This document shows, in pieces, positions 18,578 through 28,127 of a stretch of DNA of 44,411 nucleotides. This DNA is from an archaeon (GTDB lineage Archaea; Nanobdellota; Nanobdellia; Pacearchaeales; UBA284). The DNA lies in assembly GCA_020343435.1 (NCBI GenBank), contig CP070794.1, forward strand, positions 33,891-78,301, given 5' to 3'. Under the pieces are notes generated by a model. That model did not search any database. It worked only from the letters and a program-made list of their open reading frames with translations, and was not told the DNA's origin. How positions within the stretch are numbered: position 1 is the first letter of the stretch; every line of letters begins with the position of its first letter. A program made the position numbers and the translations under genes.

Positions 18578-20029
18578 ATGAAACGAACAACTCTTTTATG
18601 GATTATATTTGCAGCAGCAACTTTATTCTTTATATTACAGCATGCTAGGTTTTTGGGTTGGGATTTTTCAGCTTATGTTCTAAATGCTAAATATCTTTTC
18701 TCAGGAGGATTTTATTTTGAATGGGCAAGAGCCCCCTTGGTTCCTCTATTGATTGGATTTTTTTCTAAAATAGCTTTTGGAAGCTATCTTATTGCAGAGT
18801 TTATTTATATTGTTGGGGTATCTTTTTTATTTTTCATATCTGCCAAATTATTTGCTAAGAAATTTAATATAAATCTTTTAATTTTTTACACTGTTTTATT
18901 ATCTCCTTTTGTTCTTATGATGGGATTAGTTGAGGGAACAGAATTACTTAGCATTTCTCTTCTCATGTTGGTATTATGTTTCATCAAAACTAAGAAAAAA
19001 TATTCTTCTGTTTTAGTTGGTATATTCTTAGGATTAGCTTTTTTAGTGAGATTTAATGCTTCTCTCTTCATATTTTTAATTTTGTTACAGTGGAATTGGA
19101 AAAGGATACTAACTTCTTTTGGCTGCTGGTTTATTGCTGTAGCTCCTTGGTACTTTTTTACTTATTTATTTGCAGGTAGTGCTTTTATGAATGCTGCAAA
19201 TAGTTTTGCAATGAATAATTATTTTAGAGAGTACATTTCTCATCCATTTAGTCTAGGTCAGTTATTCCAAGCTGCAAGTTATTATTACATCCCCCTATTC
19301 TTGATTGGAATTGTTGTATTTATCTTCTTGTTGAATAAGAAAACAAAGAAAAAGGCTGAGAAAAATTACAAAAAAGATCTTTTATATTCTGGGATTATCA
19401 TGCTCTTTTTCTTAGCATTGTCTCTTTATGCTTATTGGAAATCTCCTGTTAAGCTCCCAAGATATTTGTTTTTAGTATGTCTACCTCTAGCTTATTTTTC
19501 TGCGATAGCTTTACAATCCATAAACAAAAAGAAGCTTTTAACAATTATAGTTATTATAATCCTATTATTTAATTTCGCTTTTGTATTCTTATCTCTAGGA
19601 AAGTTTGGAAATAATAGGCAGACATTTAGTTCAGTGGCTGAAACCTTAGATAAAGATTGTATGCATGTCTCAAATATGTGGGTTTATATGAATTATTATG
19701 GAGTTGTTACAGTTTATCCTGAAAGTACAAGAACAGAATTCATTACTGAAGTAAGAAAAGGTAAACGCGCGATTATTTTCGCTAATCCTGTTGAACCAGA
19801 TTATTTGAAAAAACCAGAGTTATTCAAAGAACTCCCAATCATAGAAAATAATTCTCGTTTTGTAGTTTTAGGAAATGAAAGTTTGTGTATGGAACCTTAT
19901 AAGGTCGATAAACCTTATTTAGATCGTTTAAGAGAAAAAGGGGTTACAAGACTAACTAATTGCCAAGTTGTCATGCCTCTTTTTGCAGAGTTCTTATGTA
20001 AAGGGGTCACTAAAGAAAAATGGGGTTAA
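18578..20029 (+). CDS. GT-C fold polytopic glycosyltransferase (PMT/ArnT-like)
   Basis: WD..AY after TM1, RAPL, TE, LAFLVRF, RY motif; about 11 TM helices. Confidence 0.78.
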   Translation: MKRTTLLWIIFAAATLFFILQHARFLGWDFSAYVLNAKYLFSGGFYFEWARAPLVPLLIGFFSKIAFGSYLIAEFIYIVGVSFLFFISAKLFAKKFNINLLIFYTVLLSPFVLMMGLVEGTELLSISLLMLVLCFIKTKKKYSSVLVGIFLGLAFLVRFNASLFIFLILLQWNWKRILTSFGCWFIAVAPWYFFTYLFAGSAFMNAANSFAMNNYFREYISHPFSLGQLFQAASYYYIPLFLIGIVVFIFLLNKKTKKKAEKNYKKDLLYSGIIMLFFLALSLYAYWKSPVKLPRYLFLVCLPLAYFSAIALQSINKKKLLTIIVIIILLFNFAFVFLSLGKFGNNRQTFSSVAETLDKDCMHVSNMWVYMNYYGVVTVYPESTRTEFITEVRKGKRAIIFANPVEPDYLKKPELFKELPIIENNSRFVVLGNESLCMEPYKVDKPYLDRLREKGVTRLTNCQVVMPLFAEFLCKGVTKEKWG

Positions 20030-20104
20030 TCAACCTATATTTTCTTATAAAATAAAGTTTAAATAACTGATTTTGTTTTTTATCTCGTTATAAAGGAGGG
20101 AATT

Positions 20105-23005
20105 ATGCCACATATAAAAAAATTGCATATGCATGGTTTTAAGTCATTTGCAAAACCAACAGAAGTCTTATTTGAAAATGGGATGAATATAGTTGTAGGA
20201 CCAAATGGTTCTGGTAAAAGTAATGTTGTTGATGCTATATGCTTTGTTTTAGGAAGATTAAGTGCAAAGAGTATGCGGGCTTCAAAATCAGCTCATTTAA
20301 TTTACAATGGTGGAAAACATGAAAAACCAGCTAGTGCTGCTAAAGTTAGCTTAGTTTTTGATAATACTGACAGAGGATTCTCTTTAGATGCTAATGATGT
20401 GGAGGTCTCTAGACATGTTAAGAGAGATGGGGCAAGCACTTATAAAATTAATAATGAAATTAAAACAAGACAAGAGGTTTTAGAACTGTTAGCTCAAGCA
20501 GGAATTGATCCCACAGGTTTTAATATTATCTTACAAGCACAAATTGATACTATCATCAAGATGCGTGCAGAAGAAAAAAGAGAGATTATTGAAGAGATTG
20601 CTGGGATATCTATATATGAAGATAGAAAAGTTAAATCCTTAAGAGAATTAGAAAAAACTGAAAATAAATTAAAAGAAATTAACACTATATTAAAAGAAAG
20701 ATCTGCTTTTATGAATAATCTAGAAAAAGAGAGAAAACAGGCATTAAAACATGAACATTTGAAAAAACAAGTTAAGAGATGTAAAGCTTCTGTAATAAAT
20801 AAAAAAATTACAGATAAACAGAAACAAGATAAAAAAATAGATTCAGATATTGGTGAAAAACAGAAAAGTTTAACTAAGTCTAATAAAAATATTGAAGATT
20901 CTAGAAATCAAATAGAACAAAACAATAAAAGAATTATAACCATAGAGAAAAAAATAGAAAAAGAAACAGGAATAGAACAAGATAAATTAAGAGAAGTAGT
21001 TTTAGAATTAAAAACAGACTTAACTGGTTTGAATATTAAAAAAGAAAATCTTAAAGATCAAATAGGGAATACAGTAAGAAAAGAAGAGAGCAATAACGAA
21101 GAAAAATCTAGACTTGAACAAGACATAAAAGAATTAGAACAAAAATCTAAAGTTAAGGTTAGTAAATCTGAAAAAGATAAATACGACGATATAACTCAAA
21201 ATATAGAAGAGTTAAAGAAACAATTACAAGATATAGAGTTAAAACAGAAATCTTGTGATCTAAAAAAATCAGAGATTGATAGAAAAGAATTATTTTTAGA
21301 AGAAAAAAAAAGAGAAAAGAAATCTTTACAAAAAAATATATCAGAATTAGAAAAAGAAATCTCAGAGATCTCTCTAAAAGATATCAATGAAGAAGAAATA
21401 AGAAATAAAAAACACCACCACCATTCTTTATTAAAAGATACTCAATCAAAGATCCATGCTATAGAAAGAGAAGTATTAAAATTAATAACTAAAAAAGAAA
21501 TTAATAAAAAAGATGTTGAAGAAATACTATCCTTAGAACAATGTCCCAAATGCAAACAAAAAATAACCAAGGATTATAAAGAGAAACTTGTAAAAGGGGT
21601 TTGGGAGACTATTAAGGGATTAGAAAGAGAGATAGAGAATAAAGAAAAGGATAAAAAAGAAATATACAAGGAAGTATTAAAAATATCTAAAGTTATAGAA
21701 GAATTTGTAGAAAAAGAGAAAGAAATAGCCCAGTTTTATGAACAAAAAAAGATTCTCAACTTCAAACAAACTCATTTAGACAAGGAAAAGAGCAAATTTG
21801 CAGAAATAGAAAACATTTGTGATTCTTTCAAGAATGAAATAAGTCAAATTAAGAAAGAGATTCCAGATTCTGAACGTTTAAACAGAAAACATATTGATTT
21901 GGCTAATAAAATAGAAAGATTAAAAGAAGATTTAGTCAAACTAAAACTCAAAAAACCAGTTCAATTATACATAGAAAGAGATTTTGATACAGAATCAACA
22001 CTAAAAAGAAGAGAAATTGAACAATGTTCTAGAAATGTTAAACAAGCTCAGCATGATAGATTAGAATTAGAATCAAAATTAGGAGAAACTTCTAAGAAAC
22101 TTACTCAAAAAAATAAACAATTAGCTACAAAAGAGAAAGAACAAGAGATTATCGAGGGTAAATTTAAGAAAATGATTTCTGAGAAACAATTCTTACAAGA
22201 AGAAAATCATAAGACTGGATTAAAAATAAACGAATTCCAAGTTGAGAAAAACTTAATCGAACAAGGAATTAATGAATTAAAGATAGATAAAGCTAGAACT
22301 GGAGCTGAAATATCTACATTAGATAATGAATTCAAAGAATTTGAAGGTACAGAATTAATAAAAGCAGGATTAGAAGAACTAGAAAGGAAGTTAAACAATT
22401 ATGAATCTCAGTTATCAGAATTGGGAAATGTAAATCTTAGAGCTCTAGAGGTTTACGACAAAGTTAGGGCAGAGTATGAAGCAATAGAGAACAAGGTTAA
22501 GAAGCTAAAAGAAGAACAAGAAGAGATTCTAAAAGTAATAGCTGAAATTGATAAGAAAAAGAAATCAGCATTTATGCAAACCTTTAATGCTATAAATAAA
22601 TATTTCTCAGAAAACTTTAATACCTTAAGTAGAAAAGGAACAGCATTTTTAGAAGTAGAGGATAAAAAAGATCCTTTTAATGGGGGGGTAAATATTCTTA
22701 TTAAACTAGCCAAAGGAAAATATATGGATTCTCATGCTTTATCTGGTGGGGAAAAAGTTATTGTAGCCTTATCATTAATTTTTGCTATCCAGAAATACAA
22801 ACCATATCATTTCTATATTTTTGATGAAATAGATGCTGCTTTAGATAAAAGAAATTCTGAGAAGCTATCTGATCTGGTTGGCAAAGATGGAAAATCTCAG
22901 TATATTGTTATCACACATAATGATGTTATGATAAATAATGCTAAGACAATTTATGGAGCATCAATGCAAGAAGGTAAAACTAAACTTGTCGGCCTAAAAA
23001 TTTAG
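20105..23005 (+). CDS. smc: SMC-family ATPase, short and apparently hinge-less, with central CxxC
   Basis: FKSF, GPNGSGKSN, Q-loop ILQ, LGNVNLRA, LSGGEK, FDEIDAALD, ITH; long coiled coils; CPKC at residues 480-483 of 966. Confidence 0.88.
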   Translation: MPHIKKLHMHGFKSFAKPTEVLFENGMNIVVGPNGSGKSNVVDAICFVLGRLSAKSMRASKSAHLIYNGGKHEKPASAAKVSLVFDNTDRGFSLDANDVEVSRHVKRDGASTYKINNEIKTRQEVLELLAQAGIDPTGFNIILQAQIDTIIKMRAEEKREIIEEIAGISIYEDRKVKSLRELEKTENKLKEINTILKERSAFMNNLEKERKQALKHEHLKKQVKRCKASVINKKITDKQKQDKKIDSDIGEKQKSLTKSNKNIEDSRNQIEQNNKRIITIEKKIEKETGIEQDKLREVVLELKTDLTGLNIKKENLKDQIGNTVRKEESNNEEKSRLEQDIKELEQKSKVKVSKSEKDKYDDITQNIEELKKQLQDIELKQKSCDLKKSEIDRKELFLEEKKREKKSLQKNISELEKEISEISLKDINEEEIRNKKHHHHSLLKDTQSKIHAIEREVLKLITKKEINKKDVEEILSLEQCPKCKQKITKDYKEKLVKGVWETIKGLEREIENKEKDKKEIYKEVLKISKVIEEFVEKEKEIAQFYEQKKILNFKQTHLDKEKSKFAEIENICDSFKNEISQIKKEIPDSERLNRKHIDLANKIERLKEDLVKLKLKKPVQLYIERDFDTESTLKRREIEQCSRNVKQAQHDRLELESKLGETSKKLTQKNKQLATKEKEQEIIEGKFKKMISEKQFLQEENHKTGLKINEFQVEKNLIEQGINELKIDKARTGAEISTLDNEFKEFEGTELIKAGLEELERKLNNYESQLSELGNVNLRALEVYDKVRAEYEAIENKVKKLKEEQEEILKVIAEIDKKKKSAFMQTFNAINKYFSENFNTLSRKGTAFLEVEDKKDPFNGGVNILIKLAKGKYMDSHALSGGEKVIVALSLIFAIQKYKPYHFYIFDEIDAALDKRNSEKLSDLVGKDGKSQYIVITHNDVMINNAKTIYGASMQEGKTKLVGLKI

Positions 23006-23319
23006 AATTGTACTGTAATTGGCCTATTCTTTAATTTTTCCATCTCTCTTATATATCTCTTAGTTCCTTCTACTGTTTTTATGTAATACAATGCTTTTTT
23101 ACATCTCTCAAAGAAAGAATTAATATTCTCTTTATTAACCCAAGGCATATTTATGAGATCCTCCATAAACACTCTAAAATCTTCAAGTAATTGTCCTGGG
23201 GATTTGTTTAGGTTAAAGACATATGGGATTTTCCCCCCAATCATACTATGTACTCTTATCCTTACCTTTACTTGACCTTTCTTTATATCAAGACTTTCAG
23301 ATTCTATTTCCCCTTGCAT
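23002..23319 (-). CDS. Hypothetical protein
   Basis: 105-aa ORF convergent with smc; TTTAAAAA TATA-like element ~25 nt upstream. Confidence 0.65.
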   Translation of the reverse strand: MQGEIESESLDIKKGQVKVRIRVHSMIGGKIPYVFNLNKSPGQLLEDFRVFMEDLINMPWVNKENINSFFERCKKALYYIKTVEGTKRYIREMEKLKNRPITVQF

Positions 23320-23350
23320 CTTTTAAATTAATAACTAAAGTTTTTAAACT

Positions 23351-25744
23351 TTACTTTTTATTATTTTTTGGTTTTTCTTCAACTTCCTCTTCAAAGAATG
23401 AGAATATTTTTTTACCTAATCCAGACATTAAAATGATTATGATAATTATGATTACTATTGCTCCGATGATATACCCTTGATATGCTTTAAAGAAACTTAT
23501 CTTTGGTCCTGTTTCTTCTATTGTATCTCCAGTAATATCTGGGGTTTCTTCAATCTCTTCTTCACTCTCTTCCTCTTCAGCTTCTGCTTCCTCCTCTGTT
23601 TCTTCAGTTTCAACTTCTTCTTCTGGTTCTTCCTCCTCTTCTTCAAGAGTTTCTTCACCCTCTATAATAGTTATTTTAATCCTATTACTTGGAACAATGT
23701 TATCCCCATCACTTGTATAAATAGTCATATCCCTTTCTCCTTCAAAATCTATTGGAGCAGTTATTGTTAATTCATTTCCAGATATCTTAATTCCAATATT
23801 TAATGGTTTGATTGTTGTAAAGAATAAGTCTTCTCCTTCAGGATCTTCAAAATACTCTGAAAGATCTATTGTCATCTCTTCTCCAGTTTCTAATTCAATA
23901 TCTGGAATCTCTTTCAATAATTTTGGTTCTTTATTTCCCCCCTCTTTTTCAACATCTTCTACTGCTCTTGATCTGAATAAACTAGCAAAGAAATCTGCAA
24001 TAGCTTCAAAAAATCCCTTCTTTTTTGGTTTTTCTTCTTCAGTTATTGTATCTCCAGTTATATCTGGTTCTTCTTCCTCTTCTCCTTCTGGAGTTATTTC
24101 AGGACCTTCAATTTCTTTTAGTACTTTTACTTGAATTGTTGATGATGAAACAATTGTAGAATCTTTTAATCTTGCTGTTACAGTCAAATCATAGTTATCT
24201 ACTGTTGTTTCTATTGATGGAGCTAAATAAACGTAAAGTGTTTCAGCTTTTCCTGATTCTAGAGTTAATGTTCCTGGATTTATCTGAGAGAAACTTGCTG
24301 CTGTTCCTGAAAGTTCTATAATGTATTCAGCTGTTTTCTCTCCTTTATTCTCTAAATTAAATTGAATTGTGCCTGAAGAATCTCTATTAATCTCAAACAC
24401 ACTTTCTTCTGTAGTTAATTCTGGTTTGTAACAGTCCCCCACACTTATTGTTGTTAAAGTTAGTTTTGTATCATCTTCAAGTTCTGTTGTTGGATCTTTT
24501 GCTTTTACAATAATAGCATAATCTGCAGATCTCTCATCTTGGCCTGGAGCAACTGTTAATTGTATTTCTTGTTCTTTTCCTGCTTCAAGAGTTACTTCTG
24601 TCTCAGATAATGAAACCCATTCTGGCGCTGTTAATTGAATATCAAAGGTGTTTTCGAATTTTCCTGTGTTTCTTATTGTGACAGGGTAGGTATTTGTTAA
24701 TCCATTACAAATCTTATCCATTTCTTTTTCTAGTTCCACTGAAACACCATAACAAGAACTTACTTTTAATGATATATCTTCTTCTCTGAGAACCTTTCCT
24801 CTTTCAGAAAGAGTTTCAACATTTGCTGAAAAATCTCCTTCTGTCCCAAATGGAGGATTAATAATAAGATTAAAGAATTCTTCTTCTTCACTTTCAACCC
24901 TAATGTTTCTTTTATCTAAAGAAACCCAGGAAGGAGCATCTAGATTTATATCATAACTATTGTCTGCTGTTCCAAGATTTTTTATTCCAATTGGTAAGGT
25001 TATCCTTTCATCTTCACAAAGTTCCTTATAATTATCAGTATTTAATATATAATCATAACAAGCAGCAACTTCAAAATCAAAAGAAGCTGTTGCTTCAGCA
25101 TGTCTTGAATCAGATCTAACTTTGAACAAGATATCATAATCTCCTGAAACATCGCATGGAGCATTGATTTGTGCTCCGATATTCACAGAAGAATCTTTTG
25201 CTAATGTAAAACTAGTTCCTGACAAAGTTACCCAGGATGAACCTGCTCCTTCAACACTTAATCTATAATATTCCAAATAACTTCCTTTATTCATTAATGT
25301 TAATTCTACATTTGTTCCTTCACATGCACATATCTTATCTGATGAAGGATCAACTGTTAATTCTGTTCTATGACAGTTTTCTACGACAATCTCATGAGTT
25401 ATCCTTTTTGAATCACTTGACCCAGAGATTAGAATTTCAAGATTATAAGTTCCTGGAGCAATCCTTGTTGATGGAGTAATATAGATAAAAACACTTTTTG
25501 TTTGTCCTCCTTCTATGTAGAACCCAGAAGGGACAGCTGTTGAGAAAGTAGCAGCACTTCCTGATAAACTTATGGTAAAAGAATCAGAAACAGTAGATGT
25601 TATTTGCTCTTCTATTAAGATAGTTGATGAAGGACATACCACATTTGTTTCTAGTTCTGTATTTACAGATATAGTTGCACTTGCCTGAAACATAAATACA
25701 ATTAGCAATACTGCAAATAAAATAAATAAAATGTTTTTTTTCAT
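23351..25744 (-). CDS. Acidic surface protein with tandem Ig-like (CARDB/NPCBM-associated-like) repeats, cadherin-like domain and C-terminal TM anchor
   Basis: Signal peptide; repeated N.G....Y/F...W..L modules with paired Cys; DLSEYFEDPEGE; Glu-rich linkers; TM helix plus charged tail. Confidence 0.85.
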   Translation of the reverse strand: MKKNILFILFAVLLIVFMFQASATISVNTELETNVVCPSSTILIEEQITSTVSDSFTISLSGSAATFSTAVPSGFYIEGGQTKSVFIYITPSTRIAPGTYNLEILISGSSDSKRITHEIVVENCHRTELTVDPSSDKICACEGTNVELTLMNKGSYLEYYRLSVEGAGSSWVTLSGTSFTLAKDSSVNIGAQINAPCDVSGDYDILFKVRSDSRHAEATASFDFEVAACYDYILNTDNYKELCEDERITLPIGIKNLGTADNSYDINLDAPSWVSLDKRNIRVESEEEEFFNLIINPPFGTEGDFSANVETLSERGKVLREEDISLKVSSCYGVSVELEKEMDKICNGLTNTYPVTIRNTGKFENTFDIQLTAPEWVSLSETEVTLEAGKEQEIQLTVAPGQDERSADYAIIVKAKDPTTELEDDTKLTLTTISVGDCYKPELTTEESVFEINRDSSGTIQFNLENKGEKTAEYIIELSGTAASFSQINPGTLTLESGKAETLYVYLAPSIETTVDNYDLTVTARLKDSTIVSSSTIQVKVLKEIEGPEITPEGEEEEEPDITGDTITEEEKPKKKGFFEAIADFFASLFRSRAVEDVEKEGGNKEPKLLKEIPDIELETGEEMTIDLSEYFEDPEGEDLFFTTIKPLNIGIKISGNELTITAPIDFEGERDMTIYTSDGDNIVPSNRIKITIIEGEETLEEEEEEPEEEVETEETEEEAEAEEEESEEEIEETPDITGDTIEETGPKISFFKAYQGYIIGAIVIIIIIIILMSGLGKKIFSFFEEEVEEKPKNNKK

Positions 25745-25860
25745 CTCTTCTACTATCTTTTTTCTATTGAGAAATAGACAAAAAACGTATAAAAATATTG
25801 TTGCAAACTAACATAAGTATTCTAGAATACCCTTTTGGTATTAGAATTAAGTGATAAAAA

Positions 25861-25896
25861 TTAAAAAAGAAAAAAAGAAAAAAATAAACTAAAAAA
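25861..25896 (-). terminator. Oligo-T terminator of the S-layer-like gene
   Basis: Long A tracts on + (T on -) starting ~20 nt after the stop at 25917. Confidence 0.55.
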
Positions 25897-25916
25897 CCTT
25901 AGCCTTTTGGGTGAGT

Positions 25917-27236
25917 TTAGTAGTAACTTTCTTCAGGTCTCTCTTCGTTAGCCCTTCTTGTTAAAAGTACTATAAGCAATATAACAATTATTGCAGCAAG
26001 TACAATTCCTATTGTAAGTAAAGCGTCTCTAAAACCGAAGTAACCTTTTCCATCTCCAACGTTTGCAATGAAGTTGAATCTTTGACTATCTTCTCCATGT
26101 TCTACTTCAACAGAGAATAAGTGTTCAGCTTCAACAGCATCACTCTCAACATTAACGTTGATAGTTACTAATCTACTTTCTCCTGGTTCGAGGTCAAATG
26201 ATGCAGGCAATACTTCTGTAGTTGCCCAATCTTCTGTGTTACTTACACTAACCAAGATTCTTTGTTCTGTTACATCGTTGTTTGCAACAATCAATGAGTA
26301 AGTTGCAGTATCTCCTGCACGAACATCATTTCTTGTTACTTGTGGTGTAACTTCAATGTCTCCACTGACAACACCATATCTTTCAACAACAAATCCAACA
26401 GTTTCCCAGGTTCTTAAATTCCTGTTGTATGCTTCAAGTTCAAGAGCATATGCTCCAGATTGTGCATTTCTTGGAATATCAAGAACTATTGTCTTGGATA
26501 CTGTATCCTCATCATCGTCATTATCGTAAGCTGCTAAGTCTCCTAAATAGAAAATTTGGGAGATTCCTAAATCAGCTACACTTGCTCTCAAGTAGACATC
26601 TTCAGCTTCTTCTTCACCTGTGTTCTTCACAACAACACTTGCTTCTAGCTCATCTCCAGCTTCAACAACTTGGTGTCTTAAGTTAAGATTCATTATTCTT
26701 AACTGTCTAGCTAATCTTTGGACAACTCCATCGATTTCAGCTTCGTTTACACCACTTACTCTATCATCTGCTTTGATTTCAACTTCCATGACAAAATCGT
26801 CTGTACCGTCTACTTTCCAGTCAGATGGTATGTCTAAAGATAAGAACTCAGCATATTCAAGTCCTGCATAGACATTGAATTTCCTTGTTTCATATCTTAG
26901 GTCTCCGCTGTTGTCGCTTATGTCAACAATAACTCTAGCATTATCAAGATCTGTTCTGGATTCAAAGATCACAGTTACAGGAACGTTTTGTCCACGTTCA
27001 AGTCCTGGAACAGCTACTTGTCTTCCTTCACACAAGTATGTAACTTGTGTGGTGTTGGTTAAGTTTGATGGTTCACACCATCCTTCCCAAACAAGTTCGC
27101 CTTTGACTCTTACCTTCATCTTAGTAATGTCAACGTTTGTTTCAGTCCATGTATCTGATGTAGTCACTGCCATAGACATAGCTGGAACTAAAAGCAATGC
27201 CAAAATGGCTAAAACTAAAAATGCTTTTGTGTTCAT
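25917..27236 (-). CDS. CARDB/Ig-domain membrane-anchored surface protein, putative S-layer-like
   Basis: Signal peptide, V.V.NTG...AEDV CARDB-like motif, acidic composition, C-terminal TM then EESYY; own promoter and terminator. Confidence 0.8.
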   Translation of the reverse strand: MNTKAFLVLAILALLLVPAMSMAVTTSDTWTETNVDITKMKVRVKGELVWEGWCEPSNLTNTTQVTYLCEGRQVAVPGLERGQNVPVTVIFESRTDLDNARVIVDISDNSGDLRYETRKFNVYAGLEYAEFLSLDIPSDWKVDGTDDFVMEVEIKADDRVSGVNEAEIDGVVQRLARQLRIMNLNLRHQVVEAGDELEASVVVKNTGEEEAEDVYLRASVADLGISQIFYLGDLAAYDNDDDEDTVSKTIVLDIPRNAQSGAYALELEAYNRNLRTWETVGFVVERYGVVSGDIEVTPQVTRNDVRAGDTATYSLIVANNDVTEQRILVSVSNTEDWATTEVLPASFDLEPGESRLVTINVNVESDAVEAEHLFSVEVEHGEDSQRFNFIANVGDGKGYFGFRDALLTIGIVLAAIIVILLIVLLTRRANEERPEESYY

Positions 27237-27341
27237 TTTTCTTCTTTTATTTATTTTTAAAATTGTTATTATTTTTAAGTTAAGTCACTTTAAAAAGCTT
27301 TGTATACGACGGTGTTTGTTACCCACTACTTGGGGTAACAT

Positions 27342-28127
27342 TTACAGCTTCAGTGATTTTAGAATTCGAATTCCTTTTATTGAATCTAAAAATGGTTCAG
27401 GACTTTCATTAATTACATTAGCATTTAACTTATATTTTTTAAAAAAAGGTAAAAGTTTTTTCCAGTTTTTTTCTGGAGTAACAACATGTCTTCTTTCACC
27501 TTTTTCTGAGTACTCAATTCCTGAGAAATGGCAGTACAGAGTTCCTAACTTTGCTCTTTTTATTTTTCTAAATACTTTATCATAATCAATTTTCTGATCT
27601 CTTGCTTCCATATGTGCAAAATCAATACACAAAAAGCAATTTGTTTCTCTAACTAGGAGTAACAATTCATCTATTGATCCAAACTGTGATTTTTTACCTG
27701 TTGTTTCTGGTGCAAGTTTAACATTCCATCTATTTTTCTTAATTATCCTTTGCATTTCTCGAATTCTTTTTTTCACAACATCATAAGTTTGTTTTGGGGT
27801 CTTTTTTTGATAGTATGCTGCATGAAAAGTTACATAATTTGCACCAACATAATGACCCATTTCACAGCAATCTAGAATTCTTTTCATACTTTGTTCTACT
27901 TTTTTAGGGTCTTCTGAATTTAGATTAACCCAGTATTGTGCATGGATTGATAATTGGATCCCTAATTCTTTAGCTGCCTTACCAATTTTCTCAGCATCTT
28001 CTTTTTTTAGCCAGACTTGGTAATTAAAAGGAATCTCTGCACAAAAAATTCCTGCTTTTTTGTATTGTTCTAAAAAATCTAGAGCTTCTTTTGCTCCACC
28101 AATTCCTACAGGACCCAGCTTAATCAT
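27342..28127 (-). CDS. nfo: Endonuclease IV (AP endonuclease, TIM barrel)
   Basis: HA.YW.NL, FH, PETTGKKSQFG, DFAH, HFSG, H, ESP metal ligands. Confidence 0.9.
   Translation of the reverse strand: MIKLGPVGIGGAKEALDFLEQYKKAGIFCAEIPFNYQVWLKKEDAEKIGKAAKELGIQLSIHAQYWVNLNSEDPKKVEQSMKRILDCCEMGHYVGANYVTFHAAYYQKKTPKQTYDVVKKRIREMQRIIKKNRWNVKLAPETTGKKSQFGSIDELLLLVRETNCFLCIDFAHMEARDQKIDYDKVFRKIKRAKLGTLYCHFSGIEYSEKGERRHVVTPEKNWKKLLPFFKKYKLNANVINESPEPFLDSIKGIRILKSLKL

Noticed and set aside
20105-23005. Annotating the ATPase as Rad50/SbcC
   Set aside because: D-loop and neck motifs are Smc-type and no mre11 is adjacent. The nearby HHHH run was not interpreted.
26875-27585. 236-aa + strand ORF, plus the ORFs at 26429 and 26620
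   Set aside because: Antisense shadows of the surface protein and nfo; no recognisable motifs.
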